Assembly (NCBI GenBank): GCA_965153455.1
Contig: OZ234493.1
Span: forward strand, 19,334,213-19,398,212
DNA: 64,000 bases
Reading direction: 5' to 3'
From: Sphagnum compactum
Lineage: Eukaryota
Shown: in pieces, positions 1-12,249 of the stretch
Layout: every line of letters starts with the position of its first letter
Position numbering within the stretch: position 1 is the stretch's first letter
Program-made: the position numbers and the translations under genes
Notes under the pieces: model-generated
Told to the model about the DNA's origin: nothing
Database searches by the model: none
Seen by the model: the letters and a program-made list of their open reading frames with translations, nothing else

Positions 1-276
1 CAATCCGTAAGGAACTTGCCAAGAGGTTCCTCGATTTCGAGAAGAACGAAGAAGACGGTTGCGTACGGGCATCGATGGTGCTAAGGATTTGCTGTAGATT
101 GATTTAGTCTTTCGGTGCGAATTGCAAAAGAAAAAAAATTATAGGAAGAACGGTGGATCTTGAAGGAAAAGCAAGCAAGGCCCGTGGTGGTTGTGATTGG
201 ATTGCTTTTTTGGGTCTGAGGAAGGAAAGGCACGCTGGAGGATCACGTAAGGCACAGAGGAGGTGGTGGTGGAGGA

Positions 277-3200
277 TTGGGGAGGTCAAGTGGAGGTGCA
301 TTCGATGGAGGAGCGATATCTACACATAGCCAGGGCGGCAGCGCTCGACCCTTCGACCCCTCAGTCTCTAGTTTGCAAACAAGGCGAGAACAAACTTCGA
401 GGTACGATTCACAGCAATCCGACTCATACTGGTCGCGGTCCTACTCTAGCTATGGAAGGTCATGGCGAGGAGGAGGAGGAGGAGGATCTCAGGGACAGCA
501 GCAAGTAGCTGAATCTGGCATTGACTTCTACTGGTTTATTGGCTTCTTCGTGATCGTGGGTACGCCAGATTTTCTTTCCTCTTCAGCTTTTCCTTCTTTG
601 GTTGTGCGCTTCTTCCTTTTTAAGAGAACCTCTGGTCCCAGTTTCTCTGGGAGTGGGTTTGAGTCTAGTTCTTTCAATTTCTAAAGCCCATGGTCCTGGT
701 TCTGGCACATTTTTTTAACAAATTCAAGAACCTCTACTCCTGGTTCTACACACACACTACACACTCCCAAATGTCAGATCTTATAAGTTTTACAACAAAA
801 TTAAAACAGGGTTTTGTATAGGTAAAGAGTTCAACAACTAGTGAAAATTAATACTTCACTAAGTTCAGCCTACTTGCCAACTTTCTCAAGAAAGAATCAA
901 CTTGCCCACCTAAAGAACCTGAACATGTACTCAACAGTGGTTTCGTTTTCAGTTCCAGATCTTGTTAAAAGGCTAGTTCCTCGGTCCCATTCTTGTTCCA
1001 GTTCCGTGCCAGTTCAAGTCCAGGGCACAAGAACTTGAAGCCCTGAATTTAACACTACAAACCGGATACCCTCACAAGACTGGTTTGAAACCTTAAATAT
1101 TTGACCTAAACCAAAGCACCAATGCTGGTTCAAACCTGTTCGTGGATTGTTTTTGCTTGTTAGCTGAAATTTGTATTTCAAAGAATGGGAAAGATAATTT
1201 GCACACATTTCACACAGAATCATCATACATTTCAGTCCTGTTGTTATATCATTGTTGTTCTTTCAGCTGCTTGTAGATCTCCATTTTTACAAATGAATAT
1301 TGCACCCACTTTGAGTCCGCAGTGTCACTATGGATGCTTATCAGCCTGTATGGATCTCAAGTCTTGGAGATGGGATTATTTTATTCGCGGATCCTGAAGG
1401 CTAGTCCTTTGTTGGTGAAGGAGATCAAGGTTGGTGAGCATTTTCTAATTGCTTATGAATCCAATGCACATGTGCCATGTTTGCATGTGTTTCATGCTCA
1501 GAGTTGTGGTTTGGAAATGGTTCAATTGCTGGGGGTTCATAATGTTGGACCATCTTGTTGAGTATCATCATCAGTATGGTGCTTTTTTGTGTGTGAGGGT
1601 TCAGGTTCAGAATCTTGGAGAGCCTGGTCCAGTTGTGACTTCATTTGCAAAGCATCCAGGTTATGGTCATCCGTTCATTTCAGACGAAAAATTTAATGTG
1701 ACAGTCAATCCACGGTTCCACCAGGCATGTATCTCTCTGCCATAGTTTCTGTTTGGATTTTGTATTGGACTCTCCTGCTTTTCTTATATGATGGTGGACA
1801 ATTGAAATCACTTTGCATCCATCTGATCTTAAGCAGAATCTGATGTGGTAGTTGTGTTCAATTATCTGCAGCGATATGGATTCTGGCTGAACAAAGGCTC
1901 ATCTTTTACTCTCATATATAATGTGAAAGACTCTTGGGAAGATAGCCTGGTGCTGGCAATTGTCAGAGGTGAAAAGGCTGTTATCTTCTTTGAGTTTGTT
2001 TGAAGGCGGAGCATTCAATCATGTTACCCATGCACACTGCTGGTTGATAGTCAAATTGTAGCTGCAGCTGTGGCGAACTCCAATGACAAGGTATATCGCC
2101 TGTGAAAAATTCATGTCATCTATTATTGACAAATGAATGTCATTTGGTTTACTGTTGCAGGTGAAGATAGCTATCAGGAATGGACAAAGGATCCAAGTAA
2201 TGCTCAATTAGTATCAGCATGGAAGCGGGTTTATGGTAAGACATTCATTCAGGTAGTCTCCTGGAGCACATGGGATGAAGTTGTATATGTTTGTTCAGCT
2301 AATTGCCAATCTTTGTATGACCGATCAGAGCTCAGGTTTGGTGGGTTGGGAGTCTTTCATCAAACTTCTGTGCTTACCTGCCTATTCTCTCTATGCAACA
2401 TGCAGGAAGAGGTTCATTAAATTTTACAGTGACAGAAGATGATGACTACTATGTTGCCTTTGGGAACTTGAATGCTCATGAAATGAAGGTGGGTGGTTCA
2501 ACTGCCTATTTATTCCATATACAAGTTTACATGAGTGTGAACAAGTCTACATGAGAGTTAACTCATGCGATCTGCTTTGCTGTGGTATCTTTCAGAACAA
2601 GAGAAACCCAGATCTGTACTTAGCTCATCAATATTGTGGTTATTTTTGTGCCAGATTTCCTTCCACTTGAAGATGCATTGCATGATTTATTCTGTTCAAG
2701 ATGCGGAATCTCACTGTTCACTGGTGAATGGGAACGTTTGCCGGGTGCCTCTGTCATTGTCCAAATCCAAGCGGGTGCTAATATCTGCACCTGACAAGAA
2801 GCAGGTATTTGAACCCTGAGTACATATCTGAGTTTTTGAGGAACAGATATAATGTTTCCACCAGAATAATGAGTCTGTCTTGCAGTTGTTTGAAGCTTTC
2901 CTTATTGGGTGGTCTGTCCAATCATTGATTTCTGCATAACAGGATGTAAAACTGCATTTATGAGTAAGGGCATTCTTATTCTGGTAGCCTATATCTGTGA
3001 ATTTTTGATATTCCATAACCAGCCTGCCACTACTAAAGCCTTTTAGTTGGGGTCATCTACAGGATTGGACTATGTATATTTGGTGTTGATTCACACTGTT
3101 GTGGTTGTGTATACAGCATGGTGTTGATGTTTGGAAGGTGAAAGTCTCATACATTCCACGCTGGATTACCTACTTCATATTGTGGAGTACGTTGTTTTTC

Positions 3201-3991
3201 CCATCCTGGACCTGAGGGAAATGCTTTGGTTTGCACTACTCAGTTTTTGTTGATTCAAGTTCTTCTATGATATTTTGACAACAATCCTGAAATTTCCCCA
3301 TTGGAGACGTTTGAAGCAAGTAAATTTGATTTCAACTGGGCTGAGGTTGCAGGTGTAATAGGGCTTGGACTATTAGGTATGGAGCTACGTAAACAAGGCA
3401 GGCAAGTTTCCACAAGTCAACGAGAGGTGGTTCCTCTCACATCTATAGAAGGAAATGAAAGCCCTGAAAATTTGGCAAGAGAAAGCCAGTCTGCTGACTT
3501 TTCACCAGCTTTAGGATCTGGAAACTTTCAAGGGGGACATGGAGAGCAATCTTTGGAGCAGCTGTGCACTGTGTGCTTGGATGCACCTAAAGACAGTTTC
3601 TTTGATCCTTGTGGCCATCGCTGCACATGTTACACCTGTGGCATGAGGTACGTACCCATGATCCAATGGCAACAAATGATTCCTTTTGCAGATGTTCTAG
3701 TTGTTTGCTGGTGGGGTTATAATCAGCTAGGACATGGGTAATTATCCAGCTGCATTTGCCCATGGCTCAGCAGTGCATGTTGTGAGTTCATTGTACTGTG
3801 ATCAGAAATCATCTGGACCACTGCTGTCGCACAAGGACAGTTTTGTTTCTCTATAAGTTTTCTGTTTGGAGCTTGTGGGCTGACCAAGAAACCATAACCG
3901 CTTGAATTGCAGGATACAAAATGGAGACATTGCAAGATGTCCCATTTGCCGGGAAAATGTGCGTGCTGTCCATAGGATTTATGACTCATAA
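277..3991 (+). CDS. APD-like (ABERRANT POLLEN DEVELOPMENT family) transmembrane RING E3 ubiquitin ligase, 10 exons; true start codon not identified
   Basis: Phase-consistent exons: ?-559, 1323-1429, 1605-1724, 1872-1968, 2161-2235, 2406-2488, 2655-2804, 3117-3186, 3353-3647, 3913-3991 (TAA). The spliced product has a TM segment FYWFIGFFVIVVSLWMLISLYG, the motifs WLNKGS, EWTKDP, YYVAFGNLN and VSYIPRWITY that I recall from Arabidopsis APD proteins, and a C-terminal RING CTVC..PCGHRCTCYTC..CPICR. Confidence 0.9.
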
Positions 3992-4662
3992 ACCCTTAGA
4001 AGCAACAATCTGGCTCTGGAGCAATCTTCCTTGAAAATTGCTTAAGTTTTCTGACTGTAAAGCATCTGAATGAGAAAATTGCTGATTTGGTGACTAAGGC
4101 ATGCTTTTTTTCTGTTCTGTGATTGACGACAAGCAAAACCATGGTCATCTTCTGAACTGGACAATGAAAAGATGTGTCATTGCAGTGTAGATATTATCAA
4201 TTTCTCCTAGCCTAGCTCATCTAATTATGCTGAAGCATTTTACAGTTAATGCTATGATGACAACAATCTTAGACGCTGGAAAATGCAACTGTGTCTAAGA
4301 TCGTTGCAACATCTTCTAAATCTGTACAACTTCAGGTTTTGCCACCCTAGATAGACAGCATGTTTGTGTAATCTGTCCTATTGCCAATCTGAACTTGAGT
4401 ACTTGGGATTGACCATTTGTGACTTGTGATCTGCAATTTTTATGATTGAGGTTTAGAGTTCCAAGGGGCATCAAGAGGAGATATCAACTCTGTGGAAATT
4501 GAAACATGTTAGAACATGTGGACACTAAGTTCAATGCAGTTTGAGTGGGTACATTATAACGGGATGAGCATTTCCGAAAATGGAACACTCGCCATATAAC
4601 AGTATAGTGGGTGTTTCATGTCATTTTACAAAATGGTCGCCCCTGTTTTTTTAATTTTGGAT

Positions 4663-4792
4663 GTGCTTTATGTTGGGCAACACCCACAGAGCATGGGCAT
4701 AACTGAAATAAGAACCCCCTTGGCTCCACCTCAGGAGGGTCCTTATTTCAGTAATGACCCACTCCTGGGGTGTTACCCTACACGTAAAGTAC
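4663..4792. repeat. ~130-bp imperfect inverted repeat (foldback/MITE-like hairpin)
   Basis: The arm GTGCTTTATGTTGGGCAACACCC..ACTGAAATAAG pairs with CTTATTTCAGT..GGGTGTTACCCTACACGTAAAGTAC. Confidence 0.75.
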
Positions 4793-5233
4793 CAGCAGAA
4801 CATTTCTAGTGTATCTGGAGAATCCATTATCTAGCAGAATTTCTCGGTGGCAAGCAGGCATGTCATTTTTTTCCCCCTTCATACCTGGTGGGTAACGTGT
4901 GATATGAGCTGAGTATCACTGGAAAAGAAATTTAAATTAATTTTCTGCCAGTGCTGTACATCAGAACACCCTCAGAGCAAGGTCTTACCCCAAAGACCGC
5001 ACACTGGCCAAAGCCAGGGCAGGCCTACTTCAGGGAGACTGCCTCACTTGGATTGGTATTACCCCGCTGATATTAAAGTTATCGGTAAAGTCATGGAAAG
5101 ACAGTATTGGAACCCCCCTCTGTTTCACTATTCACAGGGCACACCCTCCCATGCTGTGGCCACATATTGCAAGGCCATCAGAGGTATATATGTGTGCACT
5201 CTAAATAAATTATTTTACATGTTGTGAAACTAA

Positions 5234-5553
5234 GGGCGACTTTAGACGAAGGTCCAGAGACCAATGAATTCAAGCAATCTTATTGGTCGAAAGCTTTAAA
5301 TTGGTCCCAAGGCTTTTAGATGAGGGTACAAGACCAAAAACTGGCAAATTGAGGCTAATATGGCAACTGTTTTGTAAGGAAAACCAATTGGTTCAGACCA
5401 AAAGACAGTGATTAAAGGAAAGCTCCTGATTTGGGGAACCAAGAATCAGGCTAGGGACCCAGGTACACTCCAACTCAAGGATTCAATTTGCTTCACATGA
5501 GTCCAAATTGGTTCCTAGGAAATTGGACCCTGGACCCTCGTCTAAAGTGGGCC
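5234..5553. mobile_element. Tourist/PIF-Harbinger-like MITE, 320 bp
   Basis: TIRs GGGCGACTTTAGACGAAGGTCCAG / CTGGACCCTCGTCTAAAGTGGGCC, flanked by TAA and TAG (degenerate 3-bp TSD). Confidence 0.75.
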
Positions 5554-6078
5554 TAGTGGTGTTTTACTGCAAGACCCTTTTGACAATCAATCACAATCAG
5601 CATGATTGACATCTGTGCAAAATGCAAGCATGTTGGATCCGAGATCTGAGGCCTTAGCCTACTGAAAACCAGTAACTTTTTGCTCACTTTTGGTTTTGTG
5701 ACTTGCTTTGTGTTATGGTGTCTGCAACCAAGTCTGTTGTTTGTGAAGGAATTGGGGAAACCTATAATTAATGGCCAGGCTGAACCTGCACCTACATTAA
5801 TGCATTCACCTTCTTGAATGAGGCCTTTCCCCATAATAACTCCAAGACTGCATGTCCAAATCCATAGTAGAAAAAACCTTTTAAAGGGGTTTAAATGACC
5901 ACTGCAAAATCGACATCCATACCGGAGTGGAGCAGGAGTTATGCTATCCTGCTGCAAAATTAATGAAAAGGGATGTTTACAGGTGTGGGGTGGAGATGCT
6001 CTAAGGATGCTACATGTATCTATAATGTTTTGAAGTTGCCCCCAAAAACTTTAGGATTTTCACCGTGGTTCAAGTGTA

Positions 6079-6300
6079 GGCCAGGATAACCTGACCAAGG
6101 AAAATTGACCCCCACATTGGAATCATGGTAAAAACCGCAGAGCCCATTTAAATTGCTCATAAATATTCTAAATATTAAAAATATCATTTCTGTAGACAAA
6201 ATCAGCGTCTCTAAGTCCAAATCTATAATTTTTGGGGCCTAATATGGCCATTTGAATGGGTTTTGGGGGTCAGTTCACCCTGGCCGGTTCACCCAAGGCC
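6079..6300. mobile_element. MITE (family shared with 31676-31871)
   Basis: Inverted ends GGCCAGG..AATTGACCCCCACATT / GGGGGTCAGTTCACCCTGGCC. The internal ATTGACCC.CACATTGG.AT.ATGGTAAAAAC is shared with the copy at 31.7 kb. Confidence 0.6.
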
Positions 6301-6399
6301 CAATTAATCATGCATTGCCTGCAACATGAACTCTGGCAGAACGCTTCAATAATGCACTGGGTGAAATCAGCCCAACAGCAGGAAACGTGTGGAGCAATA

Positions 6400-6680
6400 T
6401 TTTTTGGGTGAGTTTTGAGATATAGCCCAAGTGGCTATCATCGGTAGGAAGATTTAGTCAGATTTGGCTATGAGCTAAATAAGGCATTAGAAAATCTTAA
6501 ACAGCTTTCTCTTATTTTTGGCTACCTACTTGGAAATCACGAATGGAAATCTGACGATTTTTCTTTGGATTTGGTTGAATTTTAGCTATTGAGAATCTCA
6601 AAAAGCATTTGATTTTAGCACTTTTAAATTTTATTTTTTAGCTTTTTTCCGGCTATAGTTTTTTGGTAAAAGAGAGGTCG
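6400..6680. repeat. Dispersed non-coding repeat (related copies ~26850-27140, ~31190-31485, ~40845-40960)
   Basis: Shared motifs such as ATTTAG.CA.AT.TGGCTA, TTGGCTACCTACT.GAA and AAAATTC.CCA. Confidence 0.5.
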
Positions 6681-7284
6681 ATGTGTGGATGTGAACAAAA
6701 GTCATGATGATAATAATGGGGGACGCCAGAGGGAAAAAGTAAAGCGCGTTTGACAAGTCTCAAGCTGACATTGCATATTCCATCCTCAATTACGAGTAGA
6801 AAATAGAGACATGTGTTCCACAAAAGAAAGTAATCAATTGTTCAGTGGCCAAGAAGAAATCGGTAAAGCGTGTATGCGAGAGTCTGAAGAGTCACGGCAA
6901 AACCCTTCTAGAAGTTTCTGGGCGAGGAGAAAATGAAGAAGAAGAAACATCTGCAAGAAAAGTCGAAAAGGAGTGAGAGAAGAGTGTGAGAATTCCAGGG
7001 AGATCGTGAAGAGGAAAGCGGTTGATGTTTTTTGGGGAGATCTAGTGGAAAGATCAGCTTAGCTTGTGGGAATCTGTGATGTGTGAGGGACACCCATCAT
7101 ACCCTGTGTATGCTAATGGGATGGCAAAGGATTTGTAGCAGGTTTTATGGGACCAAAAGGTTAAGAGAGAAATATTGATGAGAGCGGTGAGCAAAAGGAA
7201 TTTCAGTAGTGCGAAATATGGGAAATTCAGATGGCCTCAAGGGAAAAGGAGTTGATCTTTCACAAGGGCCCCCAGAAAGAAAGA

Positions 7285-7592
7285 GAGATGTTGTGCGGAT
7301 CCCTGCTGGGATTGAGACACCTTTGGTCCCCGCTGAAAATGCTCCTTCAAGCTCTGGATGTCACAGCCATGTGGTGCTTCTTCTTGATCTTATCATGAGC
7401 TTTCTTTGCACTGTTTTTTCTTGGGCTTTCCCATGTAAAGATGTTATGCAGATACCTGCTGCGATTGAGACACCTTTGGTCCCTGCTGAAAATGCTCCTT
7501 CAAGCTCTGGATGGCACAGCAATGTGGTGCTTCTTCTTGACCTTATGATGAGCTTTCTTTGCACAGTTTTTCCTTGGGTTTCCCAAGTCACA
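7285..7592 (+). repeat. 153-bp tandem duplication in the 5' part of the HNL gene
   Basis: GATGTTGTGCGGATCCCTGCTGGGATTGAGACACC.. at 7287 recurs as GATGTTATGCAGATACCTGCTGCGATTGAGACACC.. at 7440. Confidence 0.9.
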
Positions 7593-10500
7593 TGTTGAAG
7601 TTTGATTTTTCTTTGCTTTTTTTCATTTTGTTTGGGTGTTGACAATTTTCCTTGACCCTTACAACCATGATAGCTTATTGTCCTCACAAAGCATCAGGAG
7701 AAGGAGGTCTAGTTCAGATTTGAACTCCCAACCAACAGCTTCACAACCATACCTTTTAGCCACTAGGGTACCTGAACTCCCCAATCGTTTACAAGCTTCC
7801 TTGTCATACATTTTTACTTTGCTTACTTTCCAGTTTGGTTGTTTAGATAAAAACAATATGAAATGATGTTTAAAACAATACGAAATGGAGTCATCACTAT
7901 AGCCTCTTACATTTGGTTGGCAACTCATTTGCTATAACAAGTATAATTGGTGAAAGGGAAATTTGTCAAAATTTGGCATTGACTAAAATTATGTTGAACT
8001 TGTAAGGATTGGAACTTTCATTATAGATTATGAGTTAAGTTCAATGTGTAGTCTTGATCCAACAACCTAAAGCAAATTATTAAAATGCTCTTGGACATTC
8101 TTATTGGGTTTGTGTCCCAATTCCTTAGCTGTGGGAGGCCTTAGAGGCCCAAATACCAAACTAGATGGCTAAGCAAATCAACCCAAACTTGAAAGAATCC
8201 GATTCTTAGCATTAACTTTTATTGTTTGGCATACATTCCACCTACTATGTAACAACATTCACTTATTGAACTATGTTTTGAAACTTTGAGGTCTATGACA
8301 CATGTGAATGATCTTCATTTGTTAGTCATGCAAGATAGATTTGGTATTTTCCAATTCATTTATTATTTTGATCTTGTTAAACTTAATCTTTTCAACCAAT
8401 TATTGCTTTTATCTAACTACTATAATTTGTATATTGCATTTTTCTTATTTCATGTATAGTCAAATAATTTCCAAGAGACATTTAAAGAATTGTGTTCACT
8501 CGTTTTCTTTTCTTTGCAGGAATATCTAGTGCATGATTTAAATCCCTCTTGCAATTCCAATAATGCAAACTTGACCATCATCTTTTTTCATGGGATTGCT
8601 TTTGGCACAAATGATGAATGGAAGGAAACATGGACAACATGCCGGACTAACAATAGAGAAGAGTGCATATGTTGGCCGGAAAAGTGGCTACCCGAAGACT
8701 TGAACAACAATGTTCGAATTTTATCATTGTCCTATGATTCCAACATTGTGGCAAGTGTTCACAATGACGTGACTGAAATCGGCAAAAACCTTGTTCAAAG
8801 TTTGATTACAAATTCAAGGTGTGACCATCTCCTCTATTTATGGACACGTTAATTACTTCTCCTTGTGTACATTAATGATAATTGTTTATATCTTTAGAAT
8901 TTCTTACATGTTTTGCACAAGTTAATTGTTCATGTGATACACACCAACAAGTTTCAATTTACTTGAATTGTTAGATTCATGTAGAAGAAGATAAAATGGG
9001 GTTAAGGCAAATGTTCTTGTTTGAAGATAATAACAAAGTCTATGTTCATATTATAAGTTCATGGTACAACTAGTTTGGTTTTGATGGCAATTTTGAGTTC
9101 GCGTTTTTTTAAGCTTTATCTAGGGTAATGCAATTGAATTAAATTAAATTAAATTGATACATGTGTAGAAAGTTTTCATCCATTTCATTGTGAAAAAATT
9201 ATTTTAAAAAAATGGTATATATATATTTTTTCATTTAATTTTTTAAAATTTCAACTATATTTCCAACGTAACACATAGAAGATGAGTTGTACATTAACAC
9301 AAGAATGTAAACACCTACATACTTGTGCATAATAATTGTTTTACCAAAACATGGTTGTCACATTTTTTAGGTGTATTAATGGATTCCATAAACAACATAT
9401 GACAAGCAAATCAATTATGAACTTATGGCTTAGGTCATGTGTGAATTGGAAAATTGCCCCCAAGTATAATAGGATAAATTTGTCATTCTAATACAATGTT
9501 GATAATGGAATTTTGGTGCATTGTTGAATATTTTGTAGTTATCAATCCCTTTGGGATGGACCAGTGACATTAGTTGCTTATAGTTTTGGAGGTCTTGTAC
9601 TCAAAAGCTTGGTGGTTGAAGCTCACAAACATGTATATCAACGGCCAAAAAATGGTTTGGATGATAAAGTACACAAATGTTGTAAGACATTTTTGAACAA
9701 TGTTAAAGGTGTAGTATTTTATAGTGTACCACATGTTGGTGACACCCAATCTCTATCAAATTATTTCATTTGGAAACATCAACAAATCAACACATTGAAC
9801 AAGTATGCAACCCAATCTGGGTTTTTAAAAAATTTAGAATCTTTCAATTCACAAATGGAGCACCTTTCAACGGATTTTTAAAATGCCATTCATGAAAACC
9901 TCAACATTTATGCATTTAGCGAAGGATTACCACTCGACAAAAATTGGGTAAGATTTCATTTCATCACATTGAAAGTTATCCAACTAGGTTCGTTAATTGA
10001 ACATTTTTCGTATTGTCAAAACTTGTGTGGGATCATGTACTCAATACTTCTACATATATTAATGTGGTGAATGGGTCATGTGTTTTATGAACTTTGTTAC
10101 ATGAAAAACTATTGATGGAAATGAAATTTGATTGATTTCAAACATCAAAAAATAAATTTAAATTTTCCCTTCATCAAATCAATTCCATATAAATATTTAC
10201 AAGGAAAATCATAACATCATTAAAGCATGTAAGATTCATGAGATTAAAAACCAATAACTTTGTGATGTATTTATATAAGGTTTTTTGCCAAAAGGTTGAA
10301 GGAAATTACTTGTACACAATATTTCATTATTACTCAAACATTAATAGTTATTAAACTATAATTTCCACCACCATTTGGTTTATAAGTTCAAGCATAAGTG
10401 AACAAAGAAGTCAATGAATTCCATTAACTTAATCTTTTGCACATGCAGGGAATTTTAGTGCCACATGCCTCAGCTATTCAGTTGTCAAACAACAACCATT

Positions 10501-12249
10501 ACATAGTTGAGGATGCTAATCACTTGACAATTTGCAAGCCACCAAACAGAGATCATCCAAGCTATTCTTTATTGTTAAAATGTTTGAGAACATGTATGGA
10601 GGTAAAAACATCAAATCTAAATCTTTTGACTTCATATATGTTCATGTACTTTGAAACACATTAGGTCATAGCACACTTGATGTGTATCGCATATGCAATG
10701 TCATATATATTGGTTATCAAATAAGAAAGATAACATATAAATGACCTATATTTTGTGAATTTTGACAGAAAAATATATTACTTCCAAGTTTGCCATGTCA
10801 TGAGGTGGCGTTGATCGACAAAGCACAAGACATAAACATCTTGTTACAAAAGCAATCTATTGTTGGTTTGGTTGGAATGGGTGGGATTGGAAAAACCACT
10901 TTGAGCAAAAAATTCTATCATTTGTTCCACAACGAATATGACAAATCTAGTTTTTTGGAGGATGTGAAATCAAAGGACGATATTAACGATGTCATTAAAC
11001 AACTCCTACATGATTTGTGTGGCAAAAGGTTATGCGAGGATGAAAATGTGAATGAAGCCCTTGACAAAATTAGACAATGTATGATATCGAAGAAAGTGTT
11101 AGTGGTGGTGGATGATGTTGGCAAGGCAGAAAACCTTACATCCTTGCAACTTCTCATTGAAAAGGGTGCCAAGAATGCAACTTCTAAAAGCAGAGTACTT
11201 GTGAATTGTCGAAATTGGCAAATTCTAAAATCTCATGTAAGTGAAGATGGAAAAATGGTCATGAAATCTTTTGAGGAAGAGGAAGCAAGAAAACTCTTTA
11301 TGTTCCATGCATTTGGTAATGCGAATCATGTTCCAACAAAGGATTTCAAAAATATATGTATGAAGATTATAAAAGCTTGTGGGGGACTCCCTTTAAGTCT
11401 TAAATATTGGGTTCTTTTTTGTGCAATACTAAAAAATTAGAAATGTGGGAAGGTGCATTGAGCAAATTGAAAAGTGGGAAAAGTTTGACAGGGGGCAATG
11501 ATAATGAAGAGCTTTGGAGTGTTTTAAAGATATCATATGAGGACTTGGATAAACAAAATCAAAACATGTTTTTGGATATTGCCTGTTTTTTTGGTGGTTT
11601 AAAAATAAGTATAATTTGTCGAGTGTGGAGTGGAGATTATGAACACCCAAAGTTTGAATTACAAAATTTACAACATAGATCTTTAATTGAGTGGGCAGAA
11701 GATGGAATCTTGTACATACATGAACAATTACAATACATGGGTCGAAATATTGCAATGGAACTTCCAATTATGAATCGATTTATATGGAAATCAAATAAAT
11801 CAAATATATATTTACAAAAGGATGAGGTTGTCACTATACTATTTCGATCCTATAATTTTATTTTGATTTTTTATGATTTTTTAAAAAGTCCAAGACCAAA
11901 TGTTTTAATTTTGAATCTTGATTTTATAAATGAATGTTTTTCTAATAAAAATTGAGATTAGGATGAAAATTTTCTAATACAGATAATCCTTTTTCTTTTC
12001 ATTTCATGTGATAGGTGGTGGAAAATTTAGAAGGCATGTCATTGAAAAAATGTGTAAATTTGCCTACATTGTCCCAAATCGGCTCAAAGGGATTTTGCAA
12101 CCTTAGGTTGGTTGACCTAACAGAAGCTTCACCAACTATAGTCGAAAATTTCATCCAAGGGCGAAATTTGAATAACGTTAAGTGGTTGTGCCTCAAAAAA
12201 TGCATGATTCAAAAATTACCAAGTAATTTATTTTATTGTTTACAATTAC

